A stretch of DNA of 39,075 nt, from the IMG/VR virus record IMGVR_UViG_3300048857_000027, positions 1 to 39,075 of that record, one strand, 5' to 3'. Of this stretch, positions 25,904 through 34,120 are shown one piece after another. How positions within the stretch are numbered: position 1 is the first letter of the stretch; the number at the start of each line of letters is the position of its first letter. The notes beneath the pieces were generated by a model. It was not told where the DNA came from. It worked only from the letters and a program-made list of their open reading frames with translations, and searched no databases. The position numbers and the translations under genes were made by a program. Source of the stretch: a virus. Its lineage: Duplodnaviria; Caudoviricetes.

Positions 25904-26313
25904 TAGAGCGCGACGTTCGGGAATTGGATGTCGACAGCGAGAACGCTCGCCGACTTCGCAAGGCCGATGAGGCAAACGTATTCACCAGTGCCGACATCCG
26001 CCAGCGGGCACAGTCCACCTGGGGTGTCGGATAGGTATACCGCCTGCCCAGCACTCAGGACTGCGTCGACAGTTAGGTCGCCGCTCTTGTGAACCGTGAT
26101 CGGCTGACCGTCCGATGCTCCGTTAAGAGCGATCCCACCAGCCTGGCGAGCGGCGGCAGTTGCCGAATTGCTGTCGGCGAGCATCCACTTTTTGGTGGTC
26201 GCGCTTTTGTAGACGGATTTGCCGGCCGTAATCGTTTCGCCGGCCGTGCCGTGTTCTTGCGCGGAATTCAAGCCCGCAATGATTGCGGAAGGCGTCAAGA
26301 CTAGGTCTGCCAT
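25903..26313 (-). CDS. Virion protein, possibly capsid decoration/fibre-like
   Basis: AGETITAGKSVY...GIALNGA...GQAVYLSDTPGG; AAGGA RBS. Confidence 0.7.
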   Translation of the reverse strand: MADLVLTPSAIIAGLNSAQEHGTAGETITAGKSVYKSATTKKWMLADSNSATAAARQAGGIALNGASDGQPITVHKSGDLTVDAVLSAGQAVYLSDTPGGLCPLADVGTGEYVCLIGLAKSASVLAVDIQFPNVAL

Positions 26314-26329
26314 GAAATGTCCTTTTCAG

Positions 26330-26902
26330 TCAGGCCACCCGGCCGACTCTGTAGCGTTCAAGAATTGATGCGACGCCCAGCGGCAACTCAGCCAAGCCAC
26401 CGTCCGATACAGCCTCACGGTTCTCGTAAAAGTGACCGATAAGCAGCAGCAGCGCCCATCGGAGATCCTGCGGCAACGTCTGATGGCCGCATTCAAATGT
26501 GACCTTCACCGCTCCCGGTTCGCACGTGATAGACGGCCACGATGTATCTCGCGCTGGCCAGATCCGCAGTGGCTGCTGGTCTAAGTCGTATCGCAGGCCC
26601 GACACAGACTGTTCAGCGCCAGCATCATCTCGGTACGTGACTGAGGTGACGCCGGTCACCGGGCCAAGAGGGACGGCGATCTCGCATGGGAAATGGTCAA
26701 GGGACAGTCGCCATGTCTGGAGCAACAGTGCGATGCCAATGCCGTTCGGACCTTCGATCGACGCTTCCGCGGCTGCAATCATAGACGTGATGTCAGCGTC
26801 GTCATCGTCGTGGAATACTCGCAGATGGCGCTTGGCCTCTGCGAGGGTCACGGCCGGTCCTGCCGGCGCAACCGTTCTGACCAGCCGTGTCCATTCGTTC
26901 AT
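26330..26902 (-). CDS. Head-tail connector (HK97 gp6-like)
   Basis: VTLAEAKRHLRV...DDDADI...ALLLLIGHFYENRE...LERYR. Confidence 0.94.
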   Translation of the reverse strand: MNEWTRLVRTVAPAGPAVTLAEAKRHLRVFHDDDDADITSMIAAAEASIEGPNGIGIALLLQTWRLSLDHFPCEIAVPLGPVTGVTSVTYRDDAGAEQSVSGLRYDLDQQPLRIWPARDTSWPSITCEPGAVKVTFECGHQTLPQDLRWALLLLIGHFYENREAVSDGGLAELPLGVASILERYRVGRVA

Positions 26903-27111
26903 TTGCGTCGCCTTTTAGTGGCTGTCTCGAGTGCCGGCCGCACAGCCGCTGCCTCTGAGGCGGGTACAGCAGCGGCGGCTTCATCAACGGGCTCGCACTT
27001 GCGCTCCCATCCAGCACCGACCTTCGCGGCAAATATGTCGGCGTCGACGATCTGCCCCCAGCCAAAGGTGAAGCCATTTCCGGCGAGGCTTGATGTAACT
27101 CGTACGTTCAT
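26899..27111 (-). CDS. Small post-capsid hypothetical protein
   Basis: 70 aa, MNVRVTSSLAG...ETATKRRRK; coupled to the connector gene. Confidence 0.65.
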   Translation of the reverse strand: MNVRVTSSLAGNGFTFGWGQIVDADIFAAKVGAGWERKCEPVDEAAAAVPASEAAAVRPALETATKRRRK

Positions 27112-27147
27112 GAGGTGGTCGGGCGACGCTAGGCCGCCCGCTCCCTA

Positions 27148-28392
27148 TCAGGATGCAGCGTGCTGCAGAACTTTGACCGCTCCGGCATCGAGCAGCTCGC
27201 CGTCGAGGCGGGTGAAGCCGATGAAGCCGGTCTGATCGTAATCGGCATACCGCTCGACGAGGCGGCGGATCGCGAACTCACGAACCATTCGAACGACGTA
27301 GCGATTGAATGCACCGAACGCGACCGACTTGTTGGAGGCACCAATCGCCGCCATCGCCTGGTTGATGCTGTATGGCTTATCGAGAATGGTCGCCGGGGCG
27401 CCAGTCCTCACATCGGCCGGCTGCCAGATGTAGTTCCCCGTTACCGTGTCCTTGATTTTGCGCAGCGACTTGAGCGTGCCGTCGTTGAACATGAAGCGAA
27501 CCGACGGGTCGTCGCGGTAGGCGGGATCGACGGCGTGAAACAGTTCGATCATGTCGTCGAAGGTGAGTGCAGCGGCAGCCGCAACGCCGGTCACAGCGGT
27601 AGCCGCGGTGACGATGCCGTTCGGCTGGCTCGAGCCGGTACCGACGGTCAGGTGGCGGTTGCCAATTCGACCGATGCGCTCAGCCATCGCCGAACGTACG
27701 GTCCCTTCAACGTCGATCGCGGAGTCCTGCAGAAGCTCTGCAGAGACAAGCACAACACCCGACGTGTACTTGTACGCCTCAAGTGTCTTCGTGCCGAACG
27801 TCACTTCCGTCTCGGTGACCTGGGTGTTTTCGCCGATGAGAGAGCCCTCGTTGGAGGTGTCATCCATCGTCGGCCACGGGATCGAATTGCCGGCGGTCGT
27901 GGTCAGCACCCGTGTAACGCCTGGATCCAGCATCGGACCCCAAGCCTTGAGCGACTTGACCAGTTCGGCCATAAAGCCTTCCGGCACAAGATAGCCGCCC
28001 TTGGAGTCGGTACCGACTGCCTGGGCGCGCATCTCGCGAACGACTTTCCGCTGTTCGGCAGGCATGTCCTCAAGGCCGTGTCGCAGATAGCTCCGGAAGG
28101 CCGCAGCGCGTGCTTCGTCGGCGTCCTCCTGCTGGCCGCCTTGTACCGAACGGTCTTCGCCATTCGGTCGGCGATCATCAGCGGCGTTCAGATCGCGCTC
28201 GCGCGCCTCCAGGGCCTCTTCGCGCTTAATGCGCGCTTCCAGACGGTCGTATTCGGCCATGGCCGCGTCATGCTGGGATTCGAGTTCGGCGACACGTGCT
28301 TCTGCGGTGTCGTCCTTGATGTCTGCCAGGAGTGCGCGGGCGTCAGCGACGAGTTTCTGCTGCTTTTCGCGCATTTCGGTAATTTTGGACAT
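27148..28392 (-). CDS. Major capsid protein, HK97 family
   Basis: Coiled-coil delta domain, GGYLVPE, VSAELLQDS, GTGSSQPNGI, YIWQP, RLDG. Confidence 0.97.
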   Translation of the reverse strand: MSKITEMREKQQKLVADARALLADIKDDTAEARVAELESQHDAAMAEYDRLEARIKREEALEARERDLNAADDRRPNGEDRSVQGGQQEDADEARAAAFRSYLRHGLEDMPAEQRKVVREMRAQAVGTDSKGGYLVPEGFMAELVKSLKAWGPMLDPGVTRVLTTTAGNSIPWPTMDDTSNEGSLIGENTQVTETEVTFGTKTLEAYKYTSGVVLVSAELLQDSAIDVEGTVRSAMAERIGRIGNRHLTVGTGSSQPNGIVTAATAVTGVAAAAALTFDDMIELFHAVDPAYRDDPSVRFMFNDGTLKSLRKIKDTVTGNYIWQPADVRTGAPATILDKPYSINQAMAAIGASNKSVAFGAFNRYVVRMVREFAIRRLVERYADYDQTGFIGFTRLDGELLDAGAVKVLQHAAS

Positions 28393-28406
28393 GGAGTCTC
28401 CATACG

Positions 28407-28430
28407 AAAAGAGCCCGCGGAAGCGAGCTC
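28407..28430 (-). terminator. Terminator-like hairpin just upstream of the capsid RBS
   Basis: Minus strand GAGCTCGC-TTCC-GCGGGCTC-TTTT. Confidence 0.55.
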
Positions 28431-28468
28431 AGTGGGATCAGTTTTTTTTGGTGGGTGACAGCGCTTGG

Positions 28469-29083
28469 TCAGCGCGTGCTGCGGACCCTGAGATCAAGGT
28501 CCATTTTCAGGCGGGCTCTGTGCGCCGCCCTGCTTACCGGCGCTGCCGCCGGATCTGTGTTTTCTTCGTTGGCAGAACGAGCGTCCCGCCACTCTTGCAG
28601 CGAACGCTTGCCGAGCTCGGTATCGTCGTAGGCTGGCCACGCGACGGCGCTTACCTCGATGAGATCAACGGCCTGGATGGTGCGCACCGGGGGATCGATC
28701 GTCTCGTCCCACTCCTGCTTGGTCACCCGAAAGCCAAAGCTCATTCCCGAAATATCACCCCGCTCGACAAGCTCCCAAAGGTCATTGCCATCGGTCGTAT
28801 TGGGGATGTCGATTTCGCAGCGAAGGCCCTTGCTGTCTTCGGACAGGCGGAGTGTCCCGCTGGCCGTGCGCCCAATAACGCGCCCCACATCGTGATCGAC
28901 CAGCGCGCGCACGTCTCCGCCGATCGCCTCCGAAAAGGCACCGGGGGCAATGCGTTCTGTCCACCACCCACCTATATCTGCCGGCGAATCAAAGACGGCC
29001 GCATAACCCACAAGCGTGCGTTTCTCATCCTCGGCGCGAGTTTCCACGCCTAGCGTGCCGCCACGTTTCTCGATCTTAGTCAT
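28469..29083 (-). CDS. Prohead protease, HK97 family
   Basis: GYAAVF, ERIAPGAF, ALVDHD, MSFGF, EVSAVAWPAY; start MTKIEKR is ATGA-coupled to the portal. Confidence 0.96.
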   Translation of the reverse strand: MTKIEKRGGTLGVETRAEDEKRTLVGYAAVFDSPADIGGWWTERIAPGAFSEAIGGDVRALVDHDVGRVIGRTASGTLRLSEDSKGLRCEIDIPNTTDGNDLWELVERGDISGMSFGFRVTKQEWDETIDPPVRTIQAVDLIEVSAVAWPAYDDTELGKRSLQEWRDARSANEENTDPAAAPVSRAAHRARLKMDLDLRVRSTR

Positions 29084-30348
29084 GCGGCGTTTGCCTCGTC
29101 GTCTGGATTGTTGTCGTTGGCAGGTTTCGGCTTTGCTGCCGTGCTCTGCATGCCGAGGGGCACTGTGGCGCCTTGGATATGAAGCTTTTCCGCTTCGCCG
29201 CCATGTTTCGGCCAATTCTCCATCGCGCGCACCTCATCGGGTGTGTAAATGGCGTTCTGGATGCCCTTGGCGTAGCCTTCCATGCGGGTGCGGAACTCGC
29301 CGCGAAGCAATCCGTCGATATTGAATTCGCAGAATTTGGTGCGGTTACGCGCCGAGAACAGCTTGAGATTCAACTCCTGCTCCCAAGCCTTAACCCATTG
29401 AGAGATAAGGTGCTTGGTCAATGCGAGGTCTTGCTGTTCCGTGTTGCTGAACGTGCCGTGTGTTAGGTCCTGCAGGAAGACCGGCGGAAGGCCATAAATG
29501 CGGGCGATCTCTTCGATCTGCATCCGGCGGGATTCCACCATCTGCGATTTATCCGGATCGACGCCTACGGCCTTCAATTCATGCCCTGTCGGCATGATCA
29601 TGACATTTCGACGCTCAGCGTTGGCGTCTCGGACGGCCTTCTCGACGTCTTGCGACGCCCTCGCAGCCGCAGCCGGCGAAGGCATCGGCCCATAAAGCGC
29701 CAGCGGAGGCACGCCACCGTTCGCAAAGAATTTGCGAGCATACTCGTCGAGTGCGAGCGATAGTCCGACAGCACCCTTCAGCTTCGTAACCGGGTCGACG
29801 TGAGACACGCCATCCGGCTTCAGCATGAAGGTCAGGTCGAGAACTTCGTTGGCGGCATAAGTGACTTTCCGTCCACCGTCATCGTAGTGGTAAAGCTTCC
29901 GGCCGCTCTTGCGCTCAATCGTCAACTTGTCGGTGTCGAGGGGCCAGATGTTCATCACTCTGCCAGCCTTGTTTCGTTCGATGAACGAAACACCGCGGCC
30001 ACGCAGCAGCGTGTTGACCATCATGCCTTTCCGCCACGCAAACGAGGTCAACTCCTCGTTCGGCGCGTCATGCAGGATGCCGTAGAGCGGGTCAGACTCG
30101 ACGGTGTCGCGTCCGTTCTCCGACTTTCGAAATACCTGCAGAGGCAAGCTGGCGATCGTGTTGGCGATGAAGTTCACCGCACACCACACTGCCGGCACTT
30201 CAAGCGCCGTTTCGTGCGTCACGACAACGCCAGCAACGCCATGCCACTCGCCCATCAGCGTGCGCCAGGCGTTGACGTCGGAGAGCGGAACGCTCGGGTT
30301 TTCCAGGCTCGCTCGCGTTTCCGCGGCGGCTTTTCTAAATGGCCACAT
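29080..30348 (-). CDS. Portal protein, HK97 family
   Basis: AVWCAVNFIANTIASLP, LHDAPN, FFANGG, EEIARIYGLPP, SNTEQQ, TPDEVRAMEN; start MWPFRK is TAATG-coupled to TerL. Confidence 0.96.
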   Translation of the reverse strand: MWPFRKAAAETRASLENPSVPLSDVNAWRTLMGEWHGVAGVVVTHETALEVPAVWCAVNFIANTIASLPLQVFRKSENGRDTVESDPLYGILHDAPNEELTSFAWRKGMMVNTLLRGRGVSFIERNKAGRVMNIWPLDTDKLTIERKSGRKLYHYDDGGRKVTYAANEVLDLTFMLKPDGVSHVDPVTKLKGAVGLSLALDEYARKFFANGGVPPLALYGPMPSPAAAARASQDVEKAVRDANAERRNVMIMPTGHELKAVGVDPDKSQMVESRRMQIEEIARIYGLPPVFLQDLTHGTFSNTEQQDLALTKHLISQWVKAWEQELNLKLFSARNRTKFCEFNIDGLLRGEFRTRMEGYAKGIQNAIYTPDEVRAMENWPKHGGEAEKLHIQGATVPLGMQSTAAKPKPANDNNPDDEANAA

Positions 30349-32066
30349 TAAACCACCGCTATTCTGAAATCGGGATTTTCCCAGGGAGACGGGGCTTGCG
30401 CTCCGCCGAATGCACGAAGGTGCAGCCCGAGACACATGATTAGCGCGATTGCGCCATCTATCTTGTTTTCGGGGCGCTCTTTGCGCGGGTAGACGTTCTC
30501 TTTTGCGTCGTAGTGTCCGACGACATTGCCAACCATCCACGACAGCGGGTCGCGAGGCCCATATGGGTGCGCGATCTTGCCGGATCGCATCAGCGCGTCG
30601 AGCTCTTTTGTTGGCTCTGAGAAGTTCTGTACCGTTTGCCGGTACTCGACGACGTTGGCGCCCTGCTCCGCCAGATGGTTGGCCATCTGCTGCGCCTGCC
30701 AAGGGTCGTAGGCGATCTCTAGGACATGAAATCGGCCGGACATCTCGATGATGTCCTGCTCAATTCGATCGATGTCGATCACGTCGCCTGGCGTGGCGAC
30801 AAGCTTCCCCTCGGCTTCCCACCCACGATAGGAGTCGTTCCGGCTGTCGATTATGGCCTGCTCCGGAACGTAGAAGCGGGCGAAGGGGTACACCTTACCG
30901 GCCCGCTCGAACAGCGCTACAACGGCTGCAATATCCACCTTCGACGCCAGATCGACCGCGATACGGCAGGGCTCACCGGCGAAGTCCTCGATGTCGAGAT
31001 CTTCGTCAAAGCACCGATCCCAGGCGCGCATGTCGTAAAGCGCCTCGTTCGTCTGGATCCAGACGTTCAGGTGCTTCGTCAAAAAGCTGGCCTGAGATGC
31101 CGGCGATGACATCGCCTTGCGGCAAAGAGCTGCAATGTGTTCCGGCTCGACGGATATCCCGTAGTTCGGATTCGCTTTTCGCCACGTAGCCTCTTCGGTC
31201 CAGTCGTCGTCCTTGTCGATTGTGTAGATAATCCCGAAGTAGGTGTCGTCCTGCGCGGTGCCCTTCAGGATGTTGATCGTGTAGGCGCGATGCTCGTAGC
31301 AAATGCCAGTCTTATCCGCTCCGGCCGTGGTAATGGCCCAGACCATTGACTGATTGCGCTTGCCGGCGCCCGTTTCGATAGCGTCGTAAACACTTCGGTC
31401 GCGGTGGGCGTGCAACTCGTCTATCAGGGCGAAGTGAACGTTTTTGCCGTCGAGGGAGTCGGCGTCTGCGGAAAGCGCCTCGAAATAGCTGTTCGACCGC
31501 ATCTGAACAATGCGATGCGCCTCAACATCGATGCCGAGTGCGGTCCGCAACGCGGTGGCGCGACGAAGCATCGCCTGCGCAGCCGAAAACGCGACCTTGG
31601 CTTGCTCTCTTGTGCGCGCCGCAGAGTAGACCTCGGCGCCGCCTTCTTTCTCGCCAAAACCGCAGTATAGCGCTGGACCGTCGGACAATGTCGTCTTGCC
31701 GTTGCCACGAGGCACTTCCGTGTAGGCGCGACGGTAACGACGTTTGCCATTGTCGTGCCGCAGCCAGCCGAACGCGGTCGTTAGAATGAACGACTGCCAC
31801 GGCTCGAGCGTAAGATTTTGGCCAGCGAGCGGCCCTTTGATGTGCGGGAGGAAACAAGTGAACTTGCAAACACGCTCCGCAGCGTCGTGGTCGAAGTAAT
31901 ACAACCACCCTTCGGCGCTCACCGATCTGGCAATATCATCCAGTTGCCGTTGGCACGCCTGCTGAACGAACTCACATGCTGGGATGCGACCTCCAACCAC
32001 ATCAACAGCATAACCGTGGCCGGCCGCAACATGCGGATACTTTTCAGCGTCAATGGCATATTCCAT
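30348..32066 (-). CDS. terL: Terminase large subunit
   Basis: LEPWQ, Walker A VPRGNGKT, Walker B LIDELH, ITTAG, WRKANP, VDLAS, YDPW, KIDGAIA. Confidence 0.97.
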   Translation of the reverse strand: MEYAIDAEKYPHVAAGHGYAVDVVGGRIPACEFVQQACQRQLDDIARSVSAEGWLYYFDHDAAERVCKFTCFLPHIKGPLAGQNLTLEPWQSFILTTAFGWLRHDNGKRRYRRAYTEVPRGNGKTTLSDGPALYCGFGEKEGGAEVYSAARTREQAKVAFSAAQAMLRRATALRTALGIDVEAHRIVQMRSNSYFEALSADADSLDGKNVHFALIDELHAHRDRSVYDAIETGAGKRNQSMVWAITTAGADKTGICYEHRAYTINILKGTAQDDTYFGIIYTIDKDDDWTEEATWRKANPNYGISVEPEHIAALCRKAMSSPASQASFLTKHLNVWIQTNEALYDMRAWDRCFDEDLDIEDFAGEPCRIAVDLASKVDIAAVVALFERAGKVYPFARFYVPEQAIIDSRNDSYRGWEAEGKLVATPGDVIDIDRIEQDIIEMSGRFHVLEIAYDPWQAQQMANHLAEQGANVVEYRQTVQNFSEPTKELDALMRSGKIAHPYGPRDPLSWMVGNVVGHYDAKENVYPRKERPENKIDGAIALIMCLGLHLRAFGGAQAPSPWENPDFRIAVV

Positions 32067-32070
32067 GATC

Positions 32071-32454
32071 TCACTTGAAATCCGCGTAGGGGTCAGCCTC
32101 CGGCTCCTTGGCGCCAGGCGCCTGAACCTTGCTACGGTCGGTCGGGCTGAAGCCGAGTTTAGCCAGTGCGGCGATCAGTTTGGAAATGCCGCCACCATCG
32201 AGTGCGTTCTTGCGAAACAGCGCCATCAGCTTGACGGCGATCTCGAGCATCAGCCGGTCTGCGTCGGTGAGCCAAAAACCATAGCCGGCGAGTTCATCCC
32301 AAAGCGTCCGCTCGTCAGCGTCGAAATGTTCAGGGACCGCGCCCACCGGACCATTGGGCCTCGGCTCGTTTTTGCGCGCGCTCTTGCGCTGCGGATCCTT
32401 CTTGAAGGCGCCCTTCAATTCGAGGGCAGCCGTCGGCTTCCTCGGCCTTGCCAT
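32071..32454 (-). CDS. terS: Terminase small subunit (P27-like)
   Basis: MARPRKPTAALELKG...P.HFD...W...LGFSPTDRSKV; directly upstream of TerL. Confidence 0.9.
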   Translation of the reverse strand: MARPRKPTAALELKGAFKKDPQRKSARKNEPRPNGPVGAVPEHFDADERTLWDELAGYGFWLTDADRLMLEIAVKLMALFRKNALDGGGISKLIAALAKLGFSPTDRSKVQAPGAKEPEADPYADFK

Positions 32455-32489
32455 GGCACCAAACTCCGATTTCGAATTTTGCGGATGTG

Positions 32490-32515
32490 AAATTTTTCTT
32501 AGGCCGCCGGTTCGC
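32490..32515. other. Candidate cos site
   Basis: GC-rich CCGGCGGCC next to an A-tract (AAGAAAAATTT) at the HNH-terS junction, the usual cos position in HK97-like phages. Exact cut sites cannot be determined. Confidence 0.4.
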
Positions 32516-32870
32516 GGCTGAACGAGCTGAGCGATGTTCCCCGCCCCTCCCCGTTGCGTTCCTCGCGCTGCTTCGCGCTGTTGTGGTGATGGGCGCAGAG
32601 CGACTGGAATGGACCGGACCAGAAGAGGGCCTCGCTGCCGCGGTGGGGCGTCACGTGGTCACAGACCGTTGCGGGCTCGACGATCTCATCCTCAAGGCAC
32701 ATGACACAAAGAGGATGCGCACTTAGCTGCGCCTCGCGGATCGATCGCCAGCGTTTCGTGCCGTACCAGGCGCGCCAGGGCGTGTCATATCGGTTGCGAT
32801 CGGCATCACGCTTGCGCTCGAGTGTCGTGCGTTGCGACGGCGGGCGGAACGGCTGAGCGCGTGTTGGCAA
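32499..32870 (-). CDS. Packaging-associated HNH endonuclease (HK97 gp74-like)
   Basis: WYGTKRW...HPLCVMC...ATVCDHVTPHRG...QSLCAHHHNS; probable TTG start at 32870. Confidence 0.92.
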   Translation of the reverse strand: MPTRAQPFRPPSQRTTLERKRDADRNRYDTPWRAWYGTKRWRSIREAQLSAHPLCVMCLEDEIVEPATVCDHVTPHRGSEALFWSGPFQSLCAHHHNSAKQREERNGEGRGTSLSSFSREPAA

Positions 32871-32871
32871 T

Positions 32872-32896
32872 GGAACCTGCGATTCTCGTCTGCGTT
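32872..32896 (+). promoter_or_regulatory. Sigma-EcfG (RpoE2, general stress) promoter
   Basis: GGAAC-N16-CGTT, 28 bp upstream of the DUF3606-like start. Confidence 0.72.
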
Positions 32897-32924
32897 GTTT
32901 CCCCTGCACGGAAGGAGACCTCTG

Positions 32925-33107
32925 ATGGCAGACGACAAGACCAAGACCGCAGCGGATCGCCGACTGGTTGCCGGCACGCAGAAGTACGAGCTCGACTACT
33001 TCGCGAAGAAGCACGGCATCACCGCCGCGGACGCACGCCGCATCATTAAACAGCATGGCAACGACCGCGACGCTGCCGACAAGGCGGCAAGCCGTTTGAA
33101 GGGCTAA
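32925..33107 (+). CDS. DUF3606-like small protein
   Basis: MADDKTK...DRRLVAGTQKYELDYFAKKHGIT...IKQHGNDR; AGGAG RBS. Confidence 0.85.
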   Translation: MADDKTKTAADRRLVAGTQKYELDYFAKKHGITAADARRIIKQHGNDRDAADKAASRLKG

Positions 33108-33145
33108 GCGATCGTGTATGATGCGAAGGAAACTCGGGGCTTCAA

Positions 33146-33367
33146 ATGGCAAGCGTTCTCAATCAAGCGCTGGTTGACTTAATCAGCGAGCAAATCAAGG
33201 AGCGCCATGTGACCGAACTCCGCGCTGTGCTCTCGACTGGCAACGAGATCACCATGCATGCGGAGTTCACGGTCGGCCACGACTTCATAATCTATCGGAC
33301 GGCGAAGGATAGCAGCGGCAAGTGGGCAATGACCCCGTTCGCTCACATCGTTCAGCTGATCGTCTAA
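33146..33367 (+). CDS. Small hypothetical protein
   Basis: 73 aa, natural-looking beta-rich sequence (LSTGNEI...PFAHIVQL), co-oriented with the DUF3606-like gene. Confidence 0.6.
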   Translation: MASVLNQALVDLISEQIKERHVTELRAVLSTGNEITMHAEFTVGHDFIIYRTAKDSSGKWAMTPFAHIVQLIV

Positions 33368-33484
33368 GTGCGACCGCTCTATCCTGCGATCGTACATCGC
33401 CGGAGCGCCAGAGCAACTGATCCGCCATGTTGAGCAGTGATGCCGACACTCTCGAATAATTGCTGATGCCGCGACACGGAGTAA

Positions 33485-33512
33485 TTGACGGGCTCATAGC
33501 TTTCTCTACCAT
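33485..33512 (+). promoter_or_regulatory. Sigma70-type promoter for the GlsB-like gene
   Basis: TTGACG-N16-TACCAT upstream of a GGAGG RBS. Confidence 0.55.
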
Positions 33513-33538
33513 CAAAGGTCTCACCACGGGAGGCTTAA

Positions 33539-33790
33539 ATGGAAAGCGCAGGTGTAGGCTGGATTGCTGCAATCATCATCGGTGGGGTCGCCGGTTGGCT
33601 CGCCGAGATGTTCATGAAGTCCAACATGGGACTCATTATGAACATCGTCCTTGGTGTCGTTGGCGCGTTCGTGGCCAACCTTTTACTTAGCCTATTTGGC
33701 GTGAATCTCGGTGGTTGGATCGGATACCTAATCGCCGGTTTCGCTGGGGCCTGCATTCTCATCGCAGTTGCCCGAGCGATCAAACGATAA
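33539..33790 (+). CDS. GlsB/YeaQ/YmgE transglycosylase-associated membrane protein
   Basis: WIAAIIIGGVAGWLA...GLIMNIVLGVVGAFVA...GACILIAVAR; 3 TM segments. Confidence 0.93.
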   Translation: MESAGVGWIAAIIIGGVAGWLAEMFMKSNMGLIMNIVLGVVGAFVANLLLSLFGVNLGGWIGYLIAGFAGACILIAVARAIKR

Positions 33791-33799
33791 AAACAAGAA

Positions 33800-34037
33800 G
33801 CGCCAGGGAGCACGGATACCGAGCTCAACCTGGCGCATGATCGCCTCGTCGCGAGAGGAGGAGCGCGCCGAGGCAATGCTGTACCGTGGGCGCATACCAG
33901 ATGGCAGAGACGAGACCACGGCTTACGAGTAACCAGACGGGGTGCGCTGTTAACTAAGCGTGTCTGTCTTGTTTAGGGATGAGGCAGTCCCGGCGAGCAT
34001 CGCGAGTTTCGAACGTCCGCAGCTCGGCAGCGCCTCA
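33800..34037. ncRNA. Candidate structured non-coding RNA (five tandem hairpins)
   Basis: Consecutive stems at 33800-33836, 33843-33874, 33884-33921, 33935-33969 and 33980-34037; no convincing ORF. Confidence 0.4.
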
Positions 34038-34041
34038 AGGC

Positions 34042-34065
34042 AAAAAGGCCGCACAAGGCGGCCTT
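34042..34065 (-). terminator. Intrinsic terminator right after the putative late promoter
   Basis: Minus strand AAGGCCGC-cttgt-GCGGCC-TTTTT, about 55 bp after the late-regulator stop codon. Confidence 0.72.
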
Positions 34066-34120
34066 CGGGGAATTTCACCCCTTCAATAAAATACGATGTG
34101 AAGACGCTATTTACCGGACA

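Noticed and set aside
27160-28458. 432-aa + strand ORF (and similar ORFs at 14503-15231, 15691-16449, 17291-18181)
   Set aside because: These are antisense shadows of well-supported GC-rich genes, with no motifs of their own.
30349-30702. Extended portal N-terminus in the ORF track (likewise for the protease, packaging HNH, chaperone and late regulator)
   Set aside because: The extensions overlap neighbouring genes, and internal coupled or RBS-bearing starts fit better.
20153-32066. Gene transfer agent cluster
   Set aside because: HNH plus P27-like TerS, a replication module, morons and tRNA integration indicate a true prophage.
30348-32066. Intein or intron in the terminase
   Set aside because: Normal length (572 aa) with contiguous motifs.
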